Shown piece by piece: positions 26,387 to 39,582 of a DNA stretch of 64,000 nucleotides. Position 1 is the stretch's first letter; each line of letters starts with the position of its first letter. Under the pieces are notes generated by a model that worked only from the letters and a program-made list of their open reading frames with translations, searched no databases and was not told the origin of the DNA. The translations under genes were made by a program, and so were the position numbers. The stretch comes from Bispira polyomma (lineage: Eukaryota): assembly GCA_965649765.1 (NCBI GenBank), contig OZ287749.1:83080001-83144000 (forward strand), read 5' to 3'.

Positions 26387-28604
26387 TACCCTTCCTTACG
26401 TTATAACTGTGATACAAGCCATAGTCCTGAGCTGGACATATCCAGATATACGTGAGTTTGTTGTCCTTATCCCAGACACACTGATCAATGATATAAGTCC
26501 TCTTACTCTTAGAACTGATACACTCATCATGAGGCTGGTGTGTACCAGACATTCTTATGTCAACAGTCCTAAAGTTCAGAAGTGTGAGCAAAGGGACATG
26601 TACTCTATTACACCTGTACAGCTTCACTAAAATACGCTGGAGATAGAAAGCTTATATGGTCAGGATTAAGTCACATACCGTAAAGCATACTTTAACAGCC
26701 ACAACTGTATAATAGAAGCTCACGAAATAAGTCAGTTTCAATACTGTTTTTAGACATCTCTTGGCCAGATTTGTATTAAAAGAATTGTGGCTAAACATTA
26801 GACAATGAATTGTCAAAAGTTAATATACAATACTCATTTTATAAGGGTGTTCAAATAATATAAGCCATCAATTATTGGGGTGTTTAGTTTTAAGGAGCAT
26901 CAGTTTTAATATTTATGGTATTTTTTTTATCACTTTATAAATCACTGATGGGCATGTATAGGACACACTTTGTGGTACCTCTAATCTGTGCTATGACCAC
27001 AAACCTAAACACACTTTACATGCTACACTAGACTTTTTAATGCTGTAAGCCACAAAAATGTATATTTTATGTAGTTTTAAACACTGTTCTAGGCAATAAA
27101 ATGTCCAAAACTGTGAAATGTCAAATTTATTATCCAAAATGCTCCACATTATCAAAGTGGACTGAGTAGTGGTTTTTTCAGCAGATCACCCATAATTAGC
27201 ATGGCTATACACTACTCGTAATGGACACCCACAAATGACAAGTTCTTTTGATCACACATTTAATCCACACACCTGCTGTACTGTTTCCTGTTTTGGCAAA
27301 AACATTTTGCTCTTGTATTTTTATATCTATTTGGATTTTTATTTCTGAACATATTGTAGTGTACATCCAAATCTCTTACTACATGGCTCTGCATAAACCA
27401 ACTATTTCTAAATTTTATAATGCAATTAAAAACAAAGGTTAACAAAATTATGATTTGTTATGATTAAATTTTGTGATTTGTCATTTGGCACACTGTATCA
27501 TAGCATCCCACATCATTTCTATCACACACTTAGAATACAAGTACATATCGTCGCAGCATCACCCATCCCTCTAGATAGATACCCAGTATTAATACTGACA
27601 AGTTATTAATAGAAAACAGCCTGTGAGGCAATTGTCTACTACTAGTAGTACTTCCTAGAAATATTTGTTTAACCAAAATTGTTGGACCTGCATTCTCTAA
27701 CTATACACACGCTTAGACTCAAATTAAATAAAGGCTATCTGTAAATCTCTGTAAATGATATGGAAATAAGCCATACTTGTAACCATTCATTTTAATAGAC
27801 TTTCAGTGCTGAATTCAAATTTGCAATCTGATTTGACTTTAAGAGAATACAGCCATTGGTTCCTCAGCCAAAATCAATACACAGGAGCCCAGCTTAACAT
27901 GAGGGTGTCTGAGCAGCTACTAGTTAATAATTTTTATCTGGCAAACTCTCTTACTAATTTGTGATTAAAGTATAACACTACACACACCCTTCTACAAATA
28001 TTTTACAAAATTTGTTGAAACAGGAAATGATTGACTAGAAACTGGTTGATATTTCCGACCCTATTATGTTACAAACTTCTATTATCTTATATTAACTCAT
28101 TTTTAACTTGACCTACTGGTTCATACTAAATTTTTTTATGAACCCTATAATATTCTGATAAAATTTTCTGAAGGCGTTTGGAGATAAGAGGTTTTAGCAA
28201 GTTGCAGTGTACCATTTAACCTTTACTATTGTAATATAGTCTGGCACACTGCCAAGTTTTTTGGGTAATAGAGGTTAAGTATGATGTATTCTAAAATGAA
28301 TAGCTGTGTAAATACTGCATTTTTGTTGTCTGCGCACTCATTATCTGAGAAGATAATGCACTCTGAGCGTATGAATTTTAATATGTGTACCGCTAAGGAT
28401 TTTAATCATTAAAAGTAATTGTGTGGTCATGTTAGAATTGTGATAAGCTACTCCTAGTCATGCAATGTTACACGATGACACATTGCACTTCCTTTGTGCA
28501 CTTATTAGTGGAAATGCCATGCATTTTTGATAACATTACACTGCTGCATCGTAGCTTATTTCTTCACAGGCCCCCACTAAATGATACACTGCCATGTCAC
28601 TCAC

Positions 28605-28676
28605 CCTGATTGTATAATCCTCCATTTTCTCTGCTATACAGGAACTGGTTTCACTAACTGAGGTCATCGAGCCAGC
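28605..28676 (-). CDS. STARD9: STARD9/KIF16-like exon: AGSMTSVSETSSCIAEKMEDYTIR
   Basis: gactag acceptor, AGG|GTGAGT donor, phase 0-0; bridges neck coil and CC1. Confidence 0.8.
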
Positions 28677-28709
28677 CTAGTCAAATACAAATACATTACA
28701 ACAATGAAA

Positions 28710-28942
28710 AACTGTTTCAAACTCATGCTTTTAACTCAAACACCCAGGAATGTAGAGTTTCAACAGCATAGTCATATCATGACAGCCAGATGGAAGAAAC
28801 CAGTGCAGAACCACTGTAAACCATCGACCTGCGGCAAGTACCTGACAAACTTTTCCACATTAAGGAGGAAATGGGATTCGAACTCACCACTCTGGTGGAA
28901 GGTCAGTAATTGTGAAGCAAGCACTTGTAACCAGTAGGCCCC
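28710..28942 (-). mobile_element. tRNA-SINE, older copy
   Basis: gggattcgaactc B-box; aagtacctgacaaacttttccacat core shared with 16145 and 38975. Confidence 0.7.
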
Positions 28943-28959
28943 TCCTTATTAATCAGAAT

Positions 28960-29849
28960 AACCTTGATATGTTATCATTCATATTCAAATAGGTCTGAGA
29001 AACAACTGTTTCTCAAGCCTATTTTATAAAATTCTCAGAGATAAAATATTTGAAAGACCTTTTGTTGAAATGAAAAAATGTGGCAGAGAATACTTGACCT
29101 AAACCTGAATGGCACAGAATGGTCAGAAATTTATGTGACAAAGGTCTAAAGTACAAAAAGTTTTCTGAATTTAAGTATAAAATTTTGCACAATATACTTT
29201 CATGTGGGAAATTAGTATCAAAATGGGATAAAAATGTTTCAGGTAAATGTGCGTTTTGTAATGAAATAGAAAATGCCCAACATATGCTATATTTGTGCAG
29301 TAGAATAAGAAACTTGTGGATAAAAATCAGTGCAGCCTTGAAACTAGACATAAAATTGAAACATATCATTTTGGGGTTATATAATAGAAATATTTATGAT
29401 GAAGTACGTAACATTGTTATAGTTATTATAATGTACACCATTTATAGTCAATGGGTGTATTGTAGTATTGAAAAAACAAACTATAGTGAAATTAATATTA
29501 AACAAAATATCATAGAATACTTAATGTTTTATACTAATGTATTTAAACCAGTTTTGGAAGATAAAAAAAGTATTGTGTTGTTAAATGTATACAAAGACAA
29601 AATATGTAATATGTTAACAACATAGTATGTGTAAACTTTTAGAATTTTCTAAAAAACAAACATTTGACCACTTTTTTACATATCTGTATATGTATATATT
29701 TAAAGTTATACACGCATATGTACTATGAACTATATTTTTATATATTGGTAAAATTTAAATGGATATATTATTACAGGCTAATATATGAAATTTAAGTGTA
29801 TATATTATTTCAGACTAATGTATACAATTTAATATAAAAAAAAAAAAAA
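28960..29849 (+). mobile_element. 5'-truncated L1/Tx1-clade LINE 3' fragment
   Basis: ORF 29119-29625 has EFKYKILHNIL..CAFC..E..QHMLYLC..IRNLW (zf-RVT CCHC), then 3' UTR and poly(A) at about 29836-29849. Confidence 0.85.
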
Positions 29850-31214
29850 TCATTCATTTTAATTTACAATAAAATTAAACATACATTCACCATTTAGATC
29901 TCTTTATTGAACAAAAGATACATCAGGACATATTTGAGATTATTGTGAGTTAAATTTTAAGACTTTTGAAAACTATTGGCTGTGGTGTGGTAAATCAAAA
30001 ATTGGGATACAACACTTCACATTTCCTAAACATACTGTTAAACTCTGGTGCTTCATTTGTAAGATATTCGAAAGATTATATCATACTTAGATCGAGAAAT
30101 CTTACTAGCCAATCGTCTAGTCTCTTATCACAAATCACTGAGATCCTGTGTTATAACTAAGGGTGCTACTTTCATATTATACATTGCAATTATCAACTTT
30201 TGCTTTACTCATAATAAGATATTCTGCACACTTAAAGACAGGCCTTACTTGAAACCAATTCCATTGTTATTAAAAGAATAAACAAAGGAATAAAATTAAG
30301 ATAATGGTTTTGCTAACTACTAGAGTAGGAATCAAATAAACTTCTATATGTCGATATTATTTCAAAATGTAAGATCCCATTACAGTATGTTTTGTGACTT
30401 TTTGTGGTTTAGTACTTTCCCAATTGTTAACAAAATGGCACATTCGGTTTAAACGTAAATAAAAATTTTCTAAAAATGTATGACAGTTAATTAAATAAGA
30501 GATGTCCTGGTTAAATATTAATACAATAATATTCATTATAATATTTTGGCATAATTTGTTTTATATCAAAGCAGTAAGTTGAAGATCCATACAGAAATAT
30601 GCCTTCAACGATCAATATTTCAATATTGATGTATGGTGCCTTTCCTACAAACTGCTTTAATACAAACTCAAAAAGGACATTTTTCACCGATGTCATATTT
30701 TTAGTTAAGACTGGTCCAAAGATTTACAAGAGAATAAGGAAAACAATCAAATATATCACAGTGCTTTTCTAAAAATTAGAAGTCATACAATCATGCCAAT
30801 TTTTACAGAATTACTACATATCCAATCCAGCAGAACATTAGGCTATATACGAAGGTAGAGGGAGGTTTGAGGGAAAGAAAAGTATCATACACACGTCAAA
30901 AGTCACAAAGAACTCATTTTAACTTTGCATTCAGTAAGTTAAAATGAACATGACACATACAACTTCACTAAACACAGGTTCTTATTTATTTATTTTTTAA
31001 TACAATGACATTCTGTATACATAGGATACATTAATTAAAACTTATATCTTACTACATTGTGGGGCACTTCACCTACAATCACAATGCAGTCTTATAAGAT
31101 GTCCGAGTCAATATTATATCAGACATTTTTAAATTCCAGACAATCAGTGAGCAATAAATCGGTCACATATCAGCCGCATAGTACAAAAAGTAAAAGGATT
31201 TACACTGGCCTTAC

Positions 31215-31595
31215 TAAGGCTGCGACGATTAGCGCTAGCATCGATGCATTAATCGAGTGAGACAAGAAAAACGATACATCGAGCCAGGCTTTGTGACTCG
31301 ATCATTTATATATTACTCCCTATTGGCCGAATTTTAGTATGCACCCAAAAAGCACATTGTCACCTAGAACAAATATAAATAATAGATACGTGAAAATGTA
31401 AGTTTATGTTCGTTTTACAGCTAAAGTTGAAGGTATATTGCAGGAAAAGATAAAAAACAGTAGAGTCTAGGTATGTATCAGCACTTTATTTGGTTAAAAT
31501 GGAGTTTTCGATGCATCGAATGATGCATTGAATGATGCATCGAGTCTGCGTGGGCGATAATCGATGCACTTCACACCCCCCGACTCGCAGCCTTA
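31215..31595. mobile_element. hAT-type MITE
   Basis: TIR taaggctgcga / tcgcagcctta; 8-bp TSD ggccttac at 31207-31214 and 31596-31603. Confidence 0.9.
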
Positions 31596-32651
31596 GGCCT
31601 TACTATTAAAAACATTGTCAAACAAATAAAACATGTTTATAACCATTAGGTTAGCAACTCACACCAACATGCTCATGAAAAACTTTTAAAAATCCGAAAG
31701 AGTTACTTCCTGAACATGGAACATAAGAAAAACCCAAACATGCAAAAAATATTTTCGTCAACACTAGATGCTTGGCCACAAACTATAAAACAACTTTGTA
31801 TGCTCTACAACCACAATATAAATCACAAATACTTGTTTTGCTCCAAAAAATATTGTTTATAAATTATTTTGATGAATTTATAAACATATTGCAATAAAGA
31901 TAGAAATAACACTTTTTTGTAATAGAACATAATATCTTAAGACATATATACTTAATGTTATATAACTAAATTGAGTAGAACACAAACCATTTCCAGCATT
32001 CAACTAACTATACACTAAAACTCCCTGAAATAGTTCTAAATCAAAAGAGCAGAAGTCTAAACACATAGAGTCCATTGTTAAATCCAAATTGGATTAGAGG
32101 TAATGACAATTAAAGACCATTTGTTATGTACAGCAAATCATGCAGAATCCTGAGATATTCATCCATGCTTTCAACAAGGGCATAAACACATTCTCTATAC
32201 TACTTTCTTGGTTAAAAAAAACAATGCATAATTTTTTTTGGATACATTTGATTTCCATATTGTTTATACCTGTGTGGAGACTGAGTTGCTTCTCTCAGGC
32301 TATTTATAGAACATGAACACAAATGTAAAAACAAAAATAATAGATGTACCACAGATGTTGTGGGGAGGACACACATTTGTGACAAAAAATATAACTTTTC
32401 CATCCACCAACACATAGAAATAATGTTCATGTTTTACTTTTATAGTGCCACAATCGATGACCAGGCATCCTCTGTGGTACACATCCTAATTAGTAAGCAA
32501 AATAATAGCCTTATAGGAGAAACGGTTCATGATCAGAGTTCAGTCGTGACCAGGAAATGAAAGTTAAGGCAGAAAAGCGATATTCCCATAAAAAATGGCA
32601 AAGTTTGCAATTAACTTAATTCAGGCCTCGTTAGTCAAGATATTGACCGAG

Positions 32652-32913
32652 AATTTTTTTTTTTTTTTAATTTGGATATTTAACGTCCACTCTAGTACCT
32701 GTTTAGGTTATATTGGGACTGGTAGTTGGAAACGCTGGAGGAAACACTGCATACAGTTGATCAAGGTTCTGCACTGAAACCAGCGGCCCACAGTAAGGAA
32801 CTACCACCTTTCCCACATAGGCATCGACGGGATTCGAACTCACGCCGCCCAGAGGTGAGAGACCAGTGATTGTGAAGCGCAATGCTTGCTAACCACTAGG
32901 TTACCGCGGTTCC
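32652..32913 (-). mobile_element. Young tRNA-SINE, copy 2 (poly-A tail)
   Basis: Near-identical to 6475-6729; probable TSD atattgac at 32640-32647 and 32914-32921. Confidence 0.9.
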
Positions 32914-33007
32914 ATATTGACTATAGTGCTGGCCTTATAACTGTATTACACAATTATTAATGTTAAACTGGTATGATGCTACAACAGCAGGCATCGTCTC
33001 TGGTGAA

Positions 33008-33420
33008 CTATTCTAATGAAGATTCACCAAAGAGTAGTCCGATAGCAAGACAACGTTTATGATTAAGAGCAACAAACAGATGTATGTCAAGGTAGAAAAG
33101 CGAGTGGATACAGAGAGGTTTGGAATTTTTTGCGAACACAGTAATTTTTGTTGTGGTACAAAAACTGACAGTGAGACTATTCCATTCAGAAGGTGCTGCA
33201 ACTTTAAATGATGTAGAGAACCTGCTATATTTAGGGTAAAAAGTCAAAAGATGGAGACAATTTCCTTTGGCAAGATTGTTGAGAGATATCATGGATGATA
33301 CATATACATGGGTAAGGACATTTATTTTAAATTTAATACAGAACTCAACTGGTAGCCACTGGTCAATGGAGTTTTTGAAGCAGATGGTTTATATGCGAGT
33401 AGAGGCCGACTGTAAAGACT
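33008..33420 (-). mobile_element. Decayed L2/CR1-like LINE 3' fragment
   Basis: SFKVAAPSEWNSL resembles the C-terminal motif of CR1/L2 ORF2. Confidence 0.5.
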
Positions 33421-34119
33421 GTTTTGGATTTCCTACAGCTTTGTTCATTTTCCCTTATTCAATACCATTCAGTAGGGAATTGCCACAGTCAAGTCCGCTT
33501 GCAATCCAGGCATTTGCAACATTAACACAACATCAATGGTAGTACACTCACAGTAATAATTCTAAATCTCTGACATACCCATCCGCGCACTAAAACTACT
33601 CCATTATATCTCATTTCACATTAATTTTATGGAAAAGTAAAACAAAAAACCTGTAAGACATAAGATATCTAAAAAAACAAATACAACATTGTGCACAATC
33701 TGCCCCTTCAGAATTTTTAAAAACAAAAATCTACAAACTTCAAAGCAATAATAATTAAATAAAATACACCAATTGTATAAAAGGATAGTATTAACTAGAT
33801 GATGAGATATTTACAAACAATGCCCATCAATGCTGACTAGTATACATGAGTAGGGCAAACTTAGGAGAGTTTTAATTCAGGACATCTTTGAGTAAATTCA
33901 ATAGATAAATGGTGTCTTCTAACTGTAGGAGCCTTCAAGGTAACTCAATTTACATATTTCTGCCATAAGTTTGATTTCAATTGGATTATCTATGTTAGAT
34001 ACAAATGATAGGATTTACAACTGTCCTGATTTTCCCTTAGTGGTATACTCATTACTATTTATTTTTACAAAGGTCTCTACCAATAGTGGTTGTGCATTTA
34101 CGTTCTTGTAAAAGAATTT

Positions 34120-34585
34120 GTCCATTTGACTGTCAATGAAATACTTTCATTATCATTTCATAACGTTTTCATTAAAGACTTATCCATTTCGTTGTGCGCA
34201 TAAAACTAATTTTTTATTCAGTTATAATGTTCTCATTAAAACTTACCCATATGGCTCGCAAATGCAATATTTATTTATAAAGTCATAGTGTCCTAATCAA
34301 ACACTTCTCCATTTGGATATCATTGAAATACCGGTTTTGAAATATTTATAATGTCCTCCTAAAATATTTCTCCATATGGCTGGCAATGCAATATTTTTTT
34401 ATTCAGTCATACATAGTGTCCCCATTAAGACATATCCATTTGGACATCACTGAAATACTTTTTTTTTTTATTCGTTCATAATGTCCTCATTAAAGACTTA
34501 CCCATATGACTGACAATGCAATATTTGCTATTCAGTCACAATATCCTGTTTAAAAACTTACCCATTTGGCGGCCAGTAAAACTTT
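34120..34585 (-). repeat. Diverged ~62-bp tandem array (about 8 units) copying the donor of exon 34562-34636
   Basis: cca(t/a)(t/a)tg at 34122, 34184, 34247, 34309, 34372, 34436, 34502, 34562; two extra units keep TGG|GTAAGT. Confidence 0.8.
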
Positions 34586-34636
34586 TAGCCTTCCCACTTC
34601 GTCCCTGAGTTCTCTTATTAATGTGACATTGACATC
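34562..34636 (-). CDS. STARD9: STARD9/KIF16-like exon, neck coil: DVNVTLIRELRDEVGRLKVLLAAKW
   Basis: Kinesin-3 NED.N..LIRELR.E..RLK motif; GT-AG, phase 0-0. Confidence 0.95.
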
Positions 34637-35054
34637 CTGTAAACACATGTGTACAGTAACAACTGATAATACAAAACAGGACAAAATGTTAGCTTGAAAA
34701 ATATAATGTCACTAACTTTACCATCTGGTGAAAAGTTCGCTGGAATTAATTTTTCAATATTGACTATTTTCACTGTTGCAACACATTATTCAAAATTAAT
34801 TCATACCTGAAATTTACCATAGCACAAAACTTTAACAACATAAAGTAGGAGAAATGTACACATGTTTTTGATTACTTTGAAGGAGAGGATGACGTTTCAG
34901 GAGTGGTGGAACTAATTGCAAATCACTGAAACATATAACAATCTATATAATATTCACAAAAGCATGAATTAGGCACAACCTTTATTATCCAAACACCTAA
35001 GGAGAGTAGTAATAGAAATGTGAAAATCCATGCGACAGAGATCTGGACAGTAGA

Positions 35055-35320
35055 TGTTCATCTTGTACTCTATTTGAGTGTTGTAACTGACATAAACTCT
35101 TTGTAAAACCATGTACAAGTCATTAGGGCATGTAACATATTCTGATTGTCCGAGTGTTATAACCGACAGAAACTCTCTGTAACACTATTTATAAGCCACT
35201 AGGAGATGTAACATACTCTCTAATTGAGCGACTATTGTAACAAACAGAAACTGTTTATAATACCATTGGGAAATAAAACATATTCATCTTGTGATAGAAT
35301 CCAGTCTAGTGTTGTAATTG
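35055..35320. repeat. Diverged ~70-75 bp tandem repeat, about 4 units
   Basis: gagtgtt(g/a)taac.gaca.aaactct recurs at about 35077, 35153, 35227, 35309. Confidence 0.6.
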
Positions 35321-35449
35321 TTTTTTAAATACTCAGAAATAGTTAACAAAACTTTTTCTATTAGGGGTTTGTTCTTGTATTAAGTTAATTTGTAATTGTT
35401 AAATAATCCATTCAGTTACTTTGCTACAGAATTGCTACCTATGGCCACC

Positions 35450-36275
35450 CAGGGTTCGCGCTTACAGCGTCCGAGTATCTAAAAATGCGGAATTTTCATC
35501 AGCAGATGCAAATTAAAACATACAATGCATCCAAGAAATCGCCATTTTTACCTTTTAATTTTTATATATTTTGAAGTTTAATCACAGTTTCTAGCGATTT
35601 AGCAAAAATGGCAGATCTCGATGTTTTGATTTGGTTCTTCCGGTCGTGGCATTTTGAATGGGTGGTTTCTAAAACTCAAAATTCTATTAGGGCCTGGGTG
35701 ATACGAAAATTGCCCAACTTTTTTTAATTCACAGCTCAAGTACCTAAACTTTATTTTATATTATAATTATGTAACTTAATGGTCAATAAGGCTTCACAAT
35801 CGACTTGTTTTATCCAATTACACCACTTAGACACAGCTTATTTTTGGGGGGGATTATTTTTTTCTTAAGCTACAGCTTATTTGTCAGATGTTTAGTATAA
35901 TTTCATGGGTAACATTTGTTTGTTTGGTGTTAAATTATATATTTGGATGTAGAAATATCAAATTTGTAGTGTTTGACTTAAATTTTTATATCTTATGGCT
36001 AACATTGGTTTGTTTGATGTTAAATTATATATTTGGATGTAGAACTATCAATATTAAATTTGTAGTGTTTGACTTAAATTTTCATATTCTATATTATTTT
36101 CTGTTGTTTGATAAGTGTAAAAATACAATAGTATATATTTTATTATTTTTAAATTATATTTGTCACAAAAATGAATATTATCTATTGGATGCATGGAAGC
36201 TACTCCGGGACCCCACTTTTTATGAGAGGTGGGGTCCCCAAAACCCCACTTTAAAAAATCCTAGCGCCAACCCTG
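35450..36275. mobile_element. hAT-like non-autonomous element
   Basis: TIRs cagggttcgcgct / agcgccaaccctg; internal ~90-bp duplication at 35910-36085; TSD unclear. Confidence 0.65.
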
Positions 36276-36343
36276 CCATCTATAGTCCCTATACAGATGA
36301 ACACTTAAGACGTTTATCCAGTCATCTGCTTACTATGACTCAC

Positions 36344-36441
36344 CTCATTGACGACTGGTTTGTTGATGATACTCTTTGCCCGTTGGGCGTACCTCAATGT
36401 GCTGAGTGTCTCATTATAGTATAGGTTAGAGGGCGAGACGG
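36344..36441 (-). CDS. STARD9: STARD9/KIF16-like exon, motor end: (T)[32 protein letters not shown]
   Basis: Canonical ETLSTLRYA motif; GT-AG, phase 1-0. Confidence 0.97.
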
Positions 36442-36871
36442 CTGAAATACAGGAGAACAGTATAGGATTAGGAACACTTAGTGATGTAGAAACGGTAGCA
36501 AAAATTTTGGTCCAGGATATGGCTTTTCAAAAACCGTTCCAATTCCGGGGTACCACTCAAAAAAAATAGAACCATATACTGCATATCGAACGCACCCTAA
36601 AGTGCAGGAAATAATCGAAACCAAATCAAAACAATATAAGCGTTATGCCTAAAAGTACTAAATACTCTTAAATTTCAATACTTTACGAACACGAAACCTG
36701 TGTGTTTGTGATTCAATAGATATAAGTTTGTTACTCGTTTGCAGTAAAAAGTCTGCATTTTTGAAATTCTAGTATCTTTCTTTAGCCACATTATTCAACA
36801 CAAGATGTTGATGATAACGAGATATCGGGACTACCATCTGACTCTCACCCCTGGAAATACGAAATTATTGA

Positions 36872-37397
36872 AACTAGAAGGGCACTCAGTGGAAGGATTA
36901 ATTGTACATCTCTACCAAGGAACCACAGGATCTGTCCTTCTGTCTAGATCTACTCCAAAATTAAATGAATTCTTTTGAATATTTTTTTTTAACCTGTACA
37001 CAAGCCCTTTACCAAATTTTATATAAATCGGTAAACTAGTTTTTTTTGGGTAATCCCAGTGACAGACAAACAAACAGATACAGGTGAATATATAGAACCT
37101 CCTTGGCTGAGGTTTTTTTTTTTTTTTTTTTTTTAATTTGGATATTTAACATCCAGTCTAGTACCTGTTTAGGTTATATTGGGACTGGTAGTTGGAAACG
37201 CTGGAGGAAACACTGCATACAGTTGATCAAGGTTCTGCACTGAAACCTGCGGCCCACAGTAAGGAACTACCACCTTTCCCACATAGGCATTGACGGGATT
37301 CGAACTCACGCCGCCCAGCGGTGAGAGACCAGTGATTGTGAAGCGCAATGCTTGCTAACAACTAGGCCACCGCGGCCCTTCCTTGGCTGAGGTAATA
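36872..37397 (-). mobile_element. Short Helentron/DINE-type element interrupted by a SINE
   Basis: aactagaagggcactcag start, acagacaaacaaacag microsatellite, terminal acctccttggctgaggtaat hairpin. Confidence 0.65.
37114..37379 (-). mobile_element. Young tRNA-SINE, copy 3 (poly-A tail)
   Basis: 14-bp TSD tccttggctgaggt at 37100-37113 and 37380-37393. Confidence 0.92.
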
Positions 37398-38107
37398 ATG
37401 CCATTAATCTCCATTCTAAATATGGCAAGCTGTGCAGAAAAACGCCTATCTCCTCCCAAACACTCTTGTCATTTATAGTAGCACACATTGCATAGAATTC
37501 AAAACGGCTGATTTCATTGTTATTTTCCCCTCTTAAAATTAATATGAATTAGGAAATGAAATGTTAGAAATGCGAGAAGCCACTTCTTAGTCATAATGAA
37601 TTTTGAAATATATATATATATTATATATTTCAAATACTCCGTATTTATACAGGTCTGTTGATGCTTATACATTTCAGGATATAACATATTCTAAAAAGGA
37701 TAAATAAAGACAGCTTTCAACTGTTTTAGCTTGATTTTATGTGGGAAGTACTCAGAAGGATGGTCAAAATGTACTGAGAATCAAACTTCCTGTAGGAATA
37801 GCATCAAATCAAGATAGAAAGTAAAATAACTCTAAGCCTGTGGTTTTCATGTAACTGCTGACAATACCACACTTGCACTTTTTTCTTTGTTTTTAGATGA
37901 AATGTTTTAACGGACTGTTTCCATGTACCCGACACTCATGATGACAAAGTGGTGGATGCTGACCAATCCTATAAACTCTAGGCAAAATAACTACTCAGCA
38001 GTGACTTTCTGCTTTTAATAATTTTACCTTTATAATTTATACTATTAGCAAAATCAGTAGCCCCAAAACTTGGCTCTATAATCTACAGTCATAAAAACTG
38101 GTATATA

Positions 38108-38865
38108 ACAAGTAGGTTATAGACGCCAAAAAGGTGGGTCGTGCAATTGGTATCAGAGATAGGGTCCAGCAACAAATTTTAAGTTTATTATTTGTTTGTA
38201 CAGATTTATAGTTATTTTACTGTAAACGGTTCTATAGACCGCAAGACTATTGTGATAGCTGCAATATTTTTCCTTTAAATATCCGGAAACCATTTTCAAG
38301 ATGGCAGCAAATTTGGTGATGATACCTGCAATACTTTTACTTTAAATATCCAGAAAGTTATCAAAAAGGCGGCCGTGGCAGCCCTCTTGTTTCTCGGAAT
38401 GGGCCCAAATACAATCCCAACCAAGCTATTGACATGATATACCTCTACAACAAATTTGGTGATAATAGCTGAAATACTTTTCCTTTAAATGTCTGGAAAC
38501 CGTTTTTAAGATGGCGGTTGTGGCAGCTATCTTGTTTTTGGAATGGGCCCAAATACAATCCCAACCAAGCTATTGACATGATACACCTCCACGACAAATT
38601 TGGTGATGATAGCTGCAATACTTTTCCTTTAAATGTCCGGAAACCGTTTTCCAGAAGGCGGCCGTGGCGGCCAATTTGGTTTTCGGAATGGGCCCAAATG
38701 CAATCCCAACCAAGCTATTGACATGATACACCTCCACAACAAATTCGGTGATGATACCTCAAATAGTTTTTTTTAAATGTCCGGAAACCAAAATGTTGAC
38801 GGACAGACGGATGTTGGACACATCAATCTAATAGGCGCGTTGGTTACACGCAACCCGCGCAAAAG
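38108..38865 (-). mobile_element. Helentron/DINE-type element with ~145-bp internal repeats
   Basis: aacaag start; repeats at 38401, 38546, 38690; gacggacagacgg microsatellite; terminal hairpin. Confidence 0.75.
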
Positions 38866-38974
38866 CAACTACTTTTGGAGAGCAACTTTGGAAGCTGTGT
38901 GGTTCGCAACTGGTGGTTAACATTGAAACTTAGAAACCAATAACACATAAGAAATATTTAAAAAGTTTAAATTT

Positions 38975-39198
38975 TACGTTTAAAGGGTTATGTCACTTTC
39001 AACAGCTTTGGTTATATCACAACGGCCAGATTTAATGGGGGAAAAAACCAGTGCTGAAGAACTGTAAACCTCTGATCCTACAGAAAGTACCTGGCAAACT
39101 TTCCCACATGAAGGAACGAACAAGATTCAAACCCACATTTGCGAGAGACCAGTGATAGTACAGCAAATGCTTTTGCCCACTAGGCAATCATGGCCCCT
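38975..39198 (-). mobile_element. tRNA-SINE, older copy
   Basis: Shares tail, core and head with 523-746 and 28710-28942. Confidence 0.7.
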
Positions 39199-39582
39199 TT
39201 AAAATGTTTGGATATTACTTTTTAGTTTAGGTGTAAAAAAGATTTCTTCCTTTTTCATCTGGACAAAAATAGTAGAGCCCTTACTTTTAAAATATAAAAG
39301 CCAAACACAACACAAACATGACAGGAGTTTATTGTTGCTTTTTATTGTTGCTGACCTCATTCTGGTCCTGGACAGTAATATGGTACTGTGCTTGTATTGT
39401 GCTTTTACTGTGCTTATATTACATAGTACATTAAAATTTCTGAATTTGAGAAGTAGGTTATTGCTTATTTTAAAATAGATCTGTCAGCTGGAACAAAAAA
39501 TAGATTATGCGTACATGCTCATCAAGAATTTGAACACACATGTTTAATTATCAAAAGTCAGTGTATTTATACACATAGATAA

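Noticed and set aside
26382-26630. Overlapping short ORFs on both strands
   Set aside because: No recognisable motif or phase-compatible splice sites.
34876-34925. Exon-like segment with good acceptor
   Set aside because: 50 nt and begins TGA in the required phase 0; the flanking exons join as conserved NE|D.
35888-36424. 178-aa plus-strand ORF
   Set aside because: Low-complexity frame across a MITE internal duplication and antisense to a real exon.
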